A stretch of DNA of 10,847 nucleotides from NCBI GenBank assembly GCA_044868695.1, contig JBIOWP010000035.1, positions 1 through 10,847 of the forward strand, read 5' to 3'. Below are positions 1 to 6,832 of the stretch, in pieces; the stretch's first letter is position 1, and each line of letters starts with the position of its first letter. The DNA is from a bacterium. Its GTDB lineage: Bacteria > Sysuimicrobiota > Sysuimicrobiia > Sysuimicrobiales > Kaftiobacteriaceae. A model generated the notes under the pieces. The model made no database searches. It saw only the letters and a program-made list of their open reading frames with translations, and was not told where the DNA came from. The translations under genes and the position numbers were made by a program.

Positions 1-1
1 C

Positions 2-118
2 AACGACATCCAGAAAAATCTGCAGGAGCCCCTGGCGGCGATCCGCGCTCTGGCCGAACAGGCCGGGACGCCGCTGCCGGAGATCCGCGCCATGGTCCGG
101 TCCGGCGACACACCGGCC
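2..118 (+). other. Inverted second copy of an lhr segment, including the helicase sequence that should follow the minus-strand copy
   Basis: The + strand from position 2 reads NDIQKNLQEPLAAIRALAEQAGTPLPEIRAMVRSGDTPA. This overlaps the end of the minus-strand lhr fragment and extends it to the Lhr-type R(T/S)GDT motif. Confidence 0.85.
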
Positions 119-177
119 TGTTCGGCCAGGAGGCGGATCGCCGCCAGGGGCTCCTGCAGATTTTTCTGGATGTCGTT
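2..177. repeat. 65-bp inverted repeat (arms 2-66 and 113-177, 46-nt loop)
   Basis: Bases 2-66 match the reverse complement of 113-177 at 62/65 positions: 45 identical, then GCT vs CTC, then 17 identical. Confidence 0.95.
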
Positions 178-450
178 ACCCAGGGCTTTCAGCGGCGACA
201 CGTAGATAACCGCGGTCTCATCCGCCAGCGCCCCGCGCCGTGCCGCAGCCACCAGATGATTGATCGACCACAGGAACGCGGCCAGCGTTTTGCCCGACCC
301 GGTCGGGGCCGCGATGAGGGTATCGCGTCCCTCGGCGATGTCCCCCCAGCCCTGGGCCTGCGGGGCGGTCGGCTCCCCGAACCGCTCGGCAAACCAGCGG
401 GCGATCAGTGGCTCAAACTGGGCGAGGGCCTTCGGCGGACTGTCTGCCAT
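113..450 (-). CDS. lhr: Lhr-family ATP-dependent SF2 helicase, N-terminal fragment (truncated by fold-back junction)
   Basis: Manual translation from ATG at 450: MADSPPKALAQFEPLIARWFAERFGEPTAPQAQGWGDIAEGRDTLIAAPTGSGKTLAAFLWSINHL...TAVIYVSPLKALGNDIQKNLQEPLAAIRLLAEQAG. It has the Q motif (WF...PTxPQ), Walker A APTGSGKT and motif Ia YVSPLKALGNDI typical of Lhr. AAGGA lies upstream. The frame has no stop down to position 1 (probably why the ORF track omits it), but Lhr-like sequence ends near 113. Confidence 0.9.
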
Positions 451-467
451 GGGAGTCGGTGTTCCTT

Positions 468-497
468 ATTGTGAACCTGTTCGGTGCGCCCTGTCTA
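468..497 (-). promoter_or_regulatory. Possible sigma70-type promoter for lhr
   Basis: Minus strand TAGACA (497-492), 18-nt spacer, CACAAT (473-468), followed by AAGGA and the ATG at 450. Both hexamers are imperfect matches. Confidence 0.25.
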
Positions 498-525
498 TTC
501 CCCGGCACCCCGCGGGCCCGCAAGA

Positions 526-550
526 TCGTCGGTGCCAGGCACCGGCGAAG
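526..550. repeat. REP-like palindromic repeat, copy 1
   Basis: TCGTCGGTGCCAGGCACCGGCGAAG: 11-bp arms around the central A at 537 with one mismatch; 24/25 identical to 623-647. Confidence 0.8.
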
Positions 551-621
551 CCGGCGCCCAGAATAGCTCACTTGAGTCATGGTCATGGCCGGATCGGCGT
601 GTTTTCATAGGAAACGCGAGG

Positions 622-647
622 TTCGTCGGTGCCAGGCACCGACGAAG
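622..647. repeat. REP-like palindromic repeat, copy 2
   Basis: TTCGTCGGTGCC-A-GGCACCGACGAA (622-646) is a perfect palindrome with 12-bp arms around A634. Confidence 0.85.
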
Positions 648-649
648 GA

Positions 650-683
650 GCAAACTGCGGGATCAGGGAGAAGGAACCCCGCA
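650..683 (-). terminator. Possible weak stem-loop/terminator after the ABC permease
   Basis: Minus strand UGCGGGGUU-(10 nt)-GAUCCCGCA (9-bp stem with 2 G-U pairs) starts 5 nt after the stop at 688. The tail is only GUUUG, a poor U-tract. Confidence 0.25.
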
Positions 684-687
684 CTTG

Positions 688-1569
688 TCAGAACATCGTT
701 TCGCGGTCGAGGATGCCGAGCTGGCGGGCACGGTGCTCGGCGAAGGCGAACGCGGTGAACGCGACCGCCACCCACACCGCGGCGAGCCCGGCCAGGATGG
801 TCAGGACCTGGACGTCGCTCAAGTGGGGAAACGACCGCACGGTCGCCGCCGGTCCCAGGAGGCCGCGACGTGTTGCCTCCAGCCACCAGGTGAGCGGAAT
901 CGCCTGGGACAGCGTCTGGAGTGCGTGGGGAAGCACCGTCACGGGGAAGACGGCTCCGCACACCAGGTACAGCGATGCGCCGACGCCTTCGGGCATGCGC
1001 CAGGCTTCGCCGGCGATCAGCACCGCCGCGCTGACGACGGCCAGGCCGAGCGCCACCACAGATGCCATGCCCAGGACAAACGCCAGCCCGGTATACGGAA
1101 GGTCCATCGTCGCCAGGTGCATCGGCACGCCGAGCACCCACCGGCCGAAGAGCAGGGTGACGGCGGCCGCCCCCACAGCCGCGGTGACCTGCGCCAGCGC
1201 GCGGCCGATCAGGTACGCGCGCAGCGAAATCGGCGAGGTGTAGACGTAGCGCAGGGTCTTCCAGTGCTCGCGGTCGCTGATCAGGCTCCAGGCCGTGCCC
1301 ATCATGCCGCGCACGACGAACGGCCAGCACGCGGAGCCGACGACAAAGAATCCCAGCATCTCGCCGCCGCCGGTGCGCGCCACAACGTAGTACATGAAGA
1401 CGAGGATGAGGACGCCGCCGAGCGGCCGCGCAATAGAATAAATGAAGAAGAGCAGCGGGTCGGTCCAGTTGCTTTCGATCTGCCAGCCCAGCCAGTAGCC
1501 GACCCGCACCACGCGCCACCAGCGGCGCAGGCTGCCGTCCCGTCCCCGGACCATTACCTGGGTCGCCAT
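688..1569 (-). CDS. ABC-2 type exporter permease
   Basis: 293 aa with about 6 hydrophobic segments. It has ABC-2 hallmarks: DREHWKTLRYVYTSP (ERExGTLE..L.TP-like), GAVFPVTVLP and IPLTWWLEATR. It starts 4 nt after the stop of the upstream permease. Confidence 0.9.
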   Translation of the reverse strand: MATQVMVRGRDGSLRRWWRVVRVGYWLGWQIESNWTDPLLFFIYSIARPLGGVLILVFMYYVVARTGGGEMLGFFVVGSACWPFVVRGMMGTAWSLISDREHWKTLRYVYTSPISLRAYLIGRALAQVTAAVGAAAVTLLFGRWVLGVPMHLATMDLPYTGLAFVLGMASVVALGLAVVSAAVLIAGEAWRMPEGVGASLYLVCGAVFPVTVLPHALQTLSQAIPLTWWLEATRRGLLGPAATVRSFPHLSDVQVLTILAGLAAVWVAVAFTAFAFAEHRARQLGILDRETMF

Positions 1570-1573
1570 GGTG

Positions 1574-2401
1574 TCAGAACCGGAGGCTCAGGCGCCCTTC
1601 GCGTCTCGCCAGGTATTCCATCTTGCGCAGCGACAGTCGCGCCACGACAATGAACACCGCCGCGAGCCCAACCAGCCCGGCCAGTTCGGCCTGCACAGGC
1701 AGCAGCCCCGGATGGCTGCCGGGGAAGAGCAGCTGGCGCATGGCGTCGAGCGCCAGCGTCAGCGGAATGATCGACGTACCCATCGCGGTCCAGAACCCGA
1801 GCGCCCGCACCGGGAAGTAGAAGCCTGAGGCGAGGAACACGGGCTCCATGAAGAGCTCGGCCATGTGCCATGCCTCGCGGCCCCACAGCAAAAACAAGCT
1901 GGCAAAGGTGACGCCCATCCCGTACAGCGCGACGATCCCAACAGCAAACACCAGCAGGAACAGGGGCAGCTGCGTGATGACGTAGGTGACGTGGAACAGC
2001 ACGGAGCCGAGGATGATGATCGCCGCGGCGCGGACCAGTGTCCCGACAAAGCCGCCGAACGACATCCCCAGGAGGATGGGGACGATCCCGCAGGGCACGA
2101 CCATGTACAGTTCCAGGTTGCCGCCCTGCTTATCCCAGTAGAACTGGGCCGCCATGTTCCACATGACGTTCATCCAGAACGCCATCGTGGCGCCGCCCAT
2201 GATCACGTAGCCGACGAACCGGTCCGGCGCGCCCAGCGCTTTGTAGACGTAGACGAAGGCAATGGTCCCTAACAGCGGCAGCACCGTATCGTAGAACAGC
2301 CAGGACCGCTCCCGGTTGGCCCCGATGATCCGCGGATAGGCCCGTCCCAGCGTCGCGCGCACGACACGCCGGAGCCCGGAGACGCGCGGGGTCTCGTTCA
2401 T
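1574..2401 (-). CDS. ABC-2 type exporter permease
   Basis: 275 aa with about 6 hydrophobic segments and motifs WDKQGGNLELYMVVP, SGFYFPVRAL and IPLTLALDAMR. It overlaps the ATPase stop by ATGA (2398-2401). Confidence 0.9.
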   Translation of the reverse strand: MNETPRVSGLRRVVRATLGRAYPRIIGANRERSWLFYDTVLPLLGTIAFVYVYKALGAPDRFVGYVIMGGATMAFWMNVMWNMAAQFYWDKQGGNLELYMVVPCGIVPILLGMSFGGFVGTLVRAAAIIILGSVLFHVTYVITQLPLFLLVFAVGIVALYGMGVTFASLFLLWGREAWHMAELFMEPVFLASGFYFPVRALGFWTAMGTSIIPLTLALDAMRQLLFPGSHPGLLPVQAELAGLVGLAAVFIVVARLSLRKMEYLARREGRLSLRF

Positions 2402-3408
2402 TCCCGTCCCCGTCCCTCGTCGGCTTCCTCCAGCCGCTGGCCGACGATCTGCACAAAGACGTCCTCCAGGCTGGGTTCGATCTTCTGCAGCGAAAAGATG
2501 CGCCGCTCGTGATCTGCGAGCGCCTTCACCACCCCGGCGATGACTCCGTCGTCGGCCAGCTGCAGCCGCAGCTCCGTCCGGCCGTCGGATGCGCGCGCGT
2601 CAGCCCGGTCCACCCCCGGCACCTGATTGAGCCAGCCCGTCCCGTCCAGGGGCTCGGTCGTCAGCACGAAGTAACTGCCCCCGGCCGTCCGCCGCCGCAG
2701 CGCCGCGGGGGTGTCGCAGGCGACGATGCGGCCCTTGTGGATGATGGCCACCCGGTCGCACAGCTCTTCGGCCTCGTGCATATAGTGCGTGGTCAGCAGG
2801 ATCGTCCGGCCGGGCTTGGCCTGGACCCACTCCTTGATGTACGCGCGCACGTCGCGGGCCGCCCCGACGTCCAGCCCGACGGTAGGCTCGTCGAGAAACA
2901 AGATCTCCGGATCCGGCATCAGACCGCGCACCATGTTCATCTTCTGGCGCATCCCGCTGGAAAGGGCGCTCACGCGGCGGTGCCGTTCATCGAACAGTCC
3001 CACAATGCGCAGGAGCTCATCAATGCGGGCCAGCGCCGCTTTCGTCGGGATGCCGTAGAACTGGCTGAACATCCACAGCTGTTCCCGCACGGTCAGCAGG
3101 CCGTACCCGGAACTCTCCCCGCCGGAGACCATCGAGATGCGTTCGCGCACCTGCTGCGCCTGCTCGACGACGTTGAACCCCGCGACGCGGGCCGATCCGG
3201 ACGTCGGGAGCAACAGTGTGACGAGGACCTTGATCAGCGTGGTTTTGCCGGCGCCGTTGGGTCCAAGGAGCCCGAAGAACTCACCGCGCGGAACGTCCTG
3301 GGTGATCCCGTCCAGGGCCACGATCGGTGCGCCGGTAGGGTTGGCCGGAGACTTGCGGGCCCGATACGATCTGACCAGTTCTCGTGTTTCGATAGCCAGC
3401 TCGTTCAT
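2398..3408 (-). CDS. ABC transporter ATP-binding protein (DrrA/NodI-like, ABC-2 exporter)
   Basis: Walker A GPNGAGKTT, signature LSSGMRQK, Walker B ILFLDEPT, H-loop TTHYM and a C-terminal PSLEDVF typical of DrrA-like ATPases. I moved the start from 3504 to ATG 3408 (MNELAIETRELV, 336 aa) to remove the overlap with the upstream gene. Confidence 0.95.
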   Translation of the reverse strand: MNELAIETRELVRSYRARKSPANPTGAPIVALDGITQDVPRGEFFGLLGPNGAGKTTLIKVLVTLLLPTSGSARVAGFNVVEQAQQVRERISMVSGGESSGYGLLTVREQLWMFSQFYGIPTKAALARIDELLRIVGLFDERHRRVSALSSGMRQKMNMVRGLMPDPEILFLDEPTVGLDVGAARDVRAYIKEWVQAKPGRTILLTTHYMHEAEELCDRVAIIHKGRIVACDTPAALRRRTAGGSYFVLTTEPLDGTGWLNQVPGVDRADARASDGRTELRLQLADDGVIAGVVKALADHERRIFSLQKIEPSLEDVFVQIVGQRLEEADEGRGRE

Positions 3409-3410
3409 GA

Positions 3411-3450
3411 GTCTACTCAGTCTACTTGGTCTTCTTGGTTTCCTGGGTCT
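3411..3450. repeat. Degenerate 9-bp tandem repeat (about 4.5 units)
   Basis: GTCTACTCA GTCTACTTG GTCTTCTTG GTTTCCTGG GTCT; spans the hypothetical gene's last codons, its stop and the spacer to the ATPase start. Confidence 0.7.
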
Positions 3451-3928
3451 GGTCTCCAGCAACTCTCGCTGCTGATTCGGTCCACTTGGCGGCGAGCACA
3501 TCACGGCGCGGGCGGTAGACCTGCATGTAGAACAACTGCTGGGACTCCAGCACCGCCTTTGGGTGAGCCTGCACGATCCGGAGCGCCTCCGCCCACGCCT
3601 CCGTGAACGTGCCGGAAAACCGCTGTTCGATCTGGCGCCGGAAATCAGCCGGTCGCTGGATCTCCCCGCCGATGGTGAACAGCGTGGAGCGGCCGGCGGT
3701 CACCTTGTAGGCTTTGTCGTCGCCCAGGTGGAACTCGCCGAACGACGCGGCATATGTCTTCGGCTTCGCCGGCCCTTTGCCGCCCTTGAACCCCCGTTTG
3801 GCCGCCGCATAGTAGATCGCGCGGTTGAGCCCCCACGACTTGGCGCCGGCCATCGGGAGCCCCAGGACCTTCGCCCGCGCCGCCTGCAGGGTCGCCATCA
3901 CCTGGAAGCGTCCGACGCCGGACTTCAC
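3422..3928 (-). CDS. Hypothetical protein, 168 aa, basic and soluble
   Basis: GTG start with an in-frame TAG four codons upstream. It has a protein-like composition, is co-oriented with and ends 13 nt before the ABC ATPase start, and fills the gap between recognisable genes. Motif-like segments are RFQVMATLQAARA, AKSWGLNRAIYYAAAKRG and FYMQVYRPRRD. Confidence 0.85.
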   Translation of the reverse strand: MKSGVGRFQVMATLQAARAKVLGLPMAGAKSWGLNRAIYYAAAKRGFKGGKGPAKPKTYAASFGEFHLGDDKAYKVTAGRSTLFTIGGEIQRPADFRRQIEQRFSGTFTEAWAEALRIVQAHPKAVLESQQLFYMQVYRPRRDVLAAKWTESAARVAGDQTQETKKTK

Positions 3929-3933
3929 CCTCT

Positions 3934-3978
3934 CAATCTACCCAATCTACCCAACCGACACAATCTGCACAATTTGAC
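3934..3978. repeat. Degenerate 9-bp tandem repeat (5 units)
   Basis: CAATCTACC CAATCTACC CAACCGACA CAATCTGCA CAATTTGAC, ending 5 nt before the hypothetical gene's GTG on the minus strand, in the divergent intergenic region. Confidence 0.85.
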
Positions 3979-4027
3979 AGGGTAGGCGGCTGTGGAGGAC
4001 GAACCAACGAGAATACCCAGGACGGCA

Positions 4028-4033
4028 AAGGAG
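4028..4033 (+). promoter_or_regulatory. Shine-Dalgarno site of the aldehyde dehydrogenase
   Basis: AAGGAG 9 nt upstream of ATG 4043. Confidence 0.7.
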
Positions 4034-4042
4034 TGACGCACG

Positions 4043-5500
4043 ATGAGTGTGGTGGGTGAGCGCTCCAGGATGTTTGTGGGTGGCACGTGGGTGGGTGCGG
4101 CAGGCGGCAAGACGATGCGGGTCAGCAACCCCGCGACCGGCGAGCCGCTGGCCGACCTGCCGGACGCCGGCAAAGACGACGTCTGGAAGGCGTGCGATGA
4201 GGCCGCCAAAGCCTTCCCGAAATGGGCGGCCACGCCCGCGCTGGAACGCGGCAAGGTCCTGCGGCGCATCTTCGAGCTGATGACGGAGCGGCGCGACGAG
4301 CTGGCGCGCCTGGTGACCGAAGAGAACGGCAAGCCGATTGAGGAAGCCAAGAAGGAAGTGGCGTTCGCCACCGGCTACTTCAGTTGGTTTGCGGAGGAAG
4401 CCCGCCGGGTCTACGGAGAGATCGTGCCGCCGCCGGTGTCCGGCAAGCGCCTGTGGGTGATGCGGCAGCCGCTCGGCGTCGTCGCCGCGATCACGCCGTG
4501 GAACTTCCCGGCGACCATGGTGACGCGCAAGATCGCGCCGGCCCTGGCCGCCGGCTGCGCGGTCGTCCTCAAGCCCGCGAGCGCCACCCCGCTTACCGCC
4601 CTCGCCCTTGCCCGCATCTGTGCGGAGGCCGGGCTGCCGGCCGGCGTGTTCAACGTGGTCACTGGCAAGAGCAGCAGCGTGATCGGCCAGGTGTTTTTGG
4701 ACCATCCCGCGGTCAGGAAAATCGCGTTCACCGGCTCCACCGACGTGGGCAAGCGCATCATGGCCGGGGCCAGCGCGCAGCTGAAACGCGTGTCCTTTGA
4801 GCTGGGCGGGAACGCGCCGTTCATCGCATTCGACGACGCCGACCTGGCGCCGGCCGCCGACGGCGCGGTGGCGATCAAGTTCCTCCGCGTGGCGGGGCAG
4901 TCGTGCATCTGCGCCAACCGCGTGTACGTGCAGGAGAACATCGCCGACAAGTTTATCCCGATGTTCATCGAGCGGGTCAACGCGCTGAAGGTGGCGCCTG
5001 GATTCGAGCCCGGCGCGCAGATCGGCCCGCTGATCAACGCGGAGATCTTGGAGAAAGTGGACGGGCTGGTCCAGAGCGCCGTCAAGGAAGGCGCCCGCGT
5101 CGCCGCCGGAGGCAAGCGCCTCTCAAACGGCGCGTACAGCAAGGGACTGTACTACGCTCCGACGGTCCTCACGCAGGTGCGGGAAGAGATGGAGGTCGCC
5201 CGAGACGAGATCTTCGGACCGGTGGCGCCGGTGATGACGTTCAAGGACGAAGCCGAGGTCATCGAGCGGTCAAACGCCACCACCTTCGGGTTGGCGGCGT
5301 ACTTCTACACCCGGGACCTTCGGCGGGCGATCCGGGTGGCCGAGGCCCTCGAGTACGGGATGGTCGGCGTCAATGATTCCACCGGCTACACGCACGAGAT
5401 CCCGTTCGGCGGGTTCAAAGAAAGCGGCCTGGGCCGCGAAGGCGGCACGCAAGGCATCGAAGAGTATATGGAAGTGAAGTCGATCTCGATCGGCATGTAG
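4043..5500 (+). CDS. gabD: NAD(P)-dependent aldehyde dehydrogenase, succinate-semialdehyde dehydrogenase (GabD)-like
   Basis: 485 aa. ALDH motifs: ITPWNFP, KPASATP, AFTGST, FELGGNAP (catalytic Glu), GQSCICANR (catalytic Cys), EIFGP, PFGGFKESGLGREG. WFAEEARRVYGE and TRKIAPALAAGC are GabD-like. ALDH is certain; the exact substrate is not. Confidence 0.8.
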   Translation: MSVVGERSRMFVGGTWVGAAGGKTMRVSNPATGEPLADLPDAGKDDVWKACDEAAKAFPKWAATPALERGKVLRRIFELMTERRDELARLVTEENGKPIEEAKKEVAFATGYFSWFAEEARRVYGEIVPPPVSGKRLWVMRQPLGVVAAITPWNFPATMVTRKIAPALAAGCAVVLKPASATPLTALALARICAEAGLPAGVFNVVTGKSSSVIGQVFLDHPAVRKIAFTGSTDVGKRIMAGASAQLKRVSFELGGNAPFIAFDDADLAPAADGAVAIKFLRVAGQSCICANRVYVQENIADKFIPMFIERVNALKVAPGFEPGAQIGPLINAEILEKVDGLVQSAVKEGARVAAGGKRLSNGAYSKGLYYAPTVLTQVREEMEVARDEIFGPVAPVMTFKDEAEVIERSNATTFGLAAYFYTRDLRRAIRVAEALEYGMVGVNDSTGYTHEIPFGGFKESGLGREGGTQGIEEYMEVKSISIGM

Positions 5501-5509
5501 GACGCCCGG

Positions 5510-6832
5510 TCACCGGCCGAACACGAGGTTCGGCAGCCACAGCGCCACCTGCGGGATGAAGTACACAAGGGCCAGCATGAGGACCTGGAGCCCCAGGAAC
5601 GGCATCATGCCCCACCAGATGTCGGCGAGCAGGACGCTCTTCGGCGCCACCCCTTTGATGTAGAATGCGGCCATCGCGACCGGCGGGCTGAGGAACGCCG
5701 TCTGCAGGTTCACCGCCACCAACACCCCCAGCCAGATCGGGTCAATCCCATACTTCTGCGCAATCGGCCAGAACAACGGCATGAAGATGATGATGATCTC
5801 CGTCCACTCGAGGGGCCAGCCCAGCAGGAAGATTACCAGCATCATGAGCAGGACAAACCCCGATGCCGAGAGGCCGAGGCCGAGGATGAACTGCTCGATG
5901 ACATGCGACCCCCCGAGGCGGGCGAAGACCGCTGAAAAGATGCTCGACCCCACCAGCAGCGTCAGGACCATGCTGGACGTGCGCACCGCGTGGAAGACGG
6001 CGCTCTTCAGCACCGGCCAGGTGAGCCTGCGGTAGGCGGCGCTCAACACCAGCGCGCCGATCGCGCCCATAGACGCCGCCTCGGTCGGCGCCGCCAATCC
6101 GAACACAATGGACCCCAAGACGGACAGGATCAGGAGAGAAATCGGCACGAGCCCGGTCAGCAGCTGCACGATCTTCTGGCGGAGCGAGTGGATCCGCTCC
6201 TCCTCGGGCAGCGGCGGGCCGGCCTTCGGGTGCAGCAGGGAACGGATCAGGATATAGATGAGGAAAAACCCGGAGAGCATGAACCCGGGAACGAACGCTC
6301 CCAAATACAGCCGCACGATCGACTCGCCCGCGTTGGCAGCGTAGAGGATCAGCAGGACGCTCGGAGGGATCAGAATGCCCAGCGTGCCGCCCGCGGCGAC
6401 GGCGCCGGTGGCCATCCGCGTGTCGTAGCCGAGGCGCAGCATCGCCGGCAGCGCCAGCAGCCCCATGATCGTCACCGATGCGCCGATGATCCCCGTGGCC
6501 ATCGCGAAGATCGTCGAGCTGATGACGGTCGCCAGCGCGAGCGACCCCGGCAGCGGGCCGGCGGCCACCAGGATCGACCGGAACAACCGCTCCATGATGC
6601 CCGCCCGTTCCAGCACGTAGCCCATGAAGATGAACAGCACGATCGAGATGAGGACGTCGTTGGTCATGACCTGGAACGCACGCACGGCCATCAGGTCGAA
6701 GACGAGATGGCCGAACCCGAGGAACCCAAAGACGAAGCCGAGCGCCAGCAGCGTGAAAGCCGTGGGGAATCCGATGAAGATGGCGACGGTCAACAGCGCG
6801 AGCTGGATGACCCCGAGGGTTTCTGAGTTCAC
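5510..6832 (-). CDS. dctM: TRAP transporter large permease subunit
   Basis: Highly hydrophobic, with DctM motifs GGTLGILIPPS, PTEAASMGA and NLQTAFLSPP. The start is placed at GTG 6832 (VNSETLG..., 440 aa), which gives a GTGA overlap with the dctQ stop. Confidence 0.93.
   Translation of the reverse strand: MNSETLGVIQLALLTVAIFIGFPTAFTLLALGFVFGFLGFGHLVFDLMAVRAFQVMTNDVLISIVLFIFMGYVLERAGIMERLFRSILVAAGPLPGSLALATVISSTIFAMATGIIGASVTIMGLLALPAMLRLGYDTRMATGAVAAGGTLGILIPPSVLLILYAANAGESIVRLYLGAFVPGFMLSGFFLIYILIRSLLHPKAGPPLPEEERIHSLRQKIVQLLTGLVPISLLILSVLGSIVFGLAAPTEAASMGAIGALVLSAAYRRLTWPVLKSAVFHAVRTSSMVLTLLVGSSIFSAVFARLGGSHVIEQFILGLGLSASGFVLLMMLVIFLLGWPLEWTEIIIIFMPLFWPIAQKYGIDPIWLGVLVAVNLQTAFLSPPVAMAAFYIKGVAPKSVLLADIWWGMMPFLGLQVLMLALVYFIPQVALWLPNLVFGR

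Noticed and set aside
2..177. MITE/IS terminal inverted repeats or structured ncRNA
   Set aside because: The arms and loop are all lhr coding sequence, so a fold-back of the gene explains the structure.
189..610. Short ORFs 189-392, 256-474 and 260-610
   Set aside because: They overlap the lhr frame, which carries clear helicase motifs.
526..647. Mini CRISPR array
   Set aside because: Only two repeats, a 72-nt spacer, a fully palindromic unit and no cas genes in view.
484..1653. 389-aa plus-strand ORF and other long overlapping ORFs (605-1519, 2509-3606, 3947-4705, 5742-7016, 5990-6826, 8676-9458, 9061-10419)
   Set aside because: Antisense or off-frame shadows of well-supported genes. Most are R/G/P/A-rich, none shows recognisable motifs, and such ORFs are expected in high-GC DNA.
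3409..3504. N-terminal extension of the ABC ATPase given in the ORF track
   Set aside because: It overlaps the upstream gene and is partly translated tandem repeat (RPSRLSRL). ATG 3408 gives a normal ATPase start.
1..3928. Lhr plus ABC ATPase plus hypothetical as an anti-phage defence system
   Set aside because: The ATPase is a transporter type with cognate permeases, no nuclease or other effector is visible, and lhr is separated by 237 bp with its own candidate promoter.
3974..4002. Perfect TTGACA as the -35 of the ALDH promoter
   Set aside because: No credible -10 hexamer at 16-18 nt spacing, and the hexamer overlaps the last repeat unit.
3925..4371. 148-aa minus ORF ending in LCRLCRLGRLGRL
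   Set aside because: Antisense to the ALDH. The peptide periodicity is simply the 9-bp DNA repeat translated.
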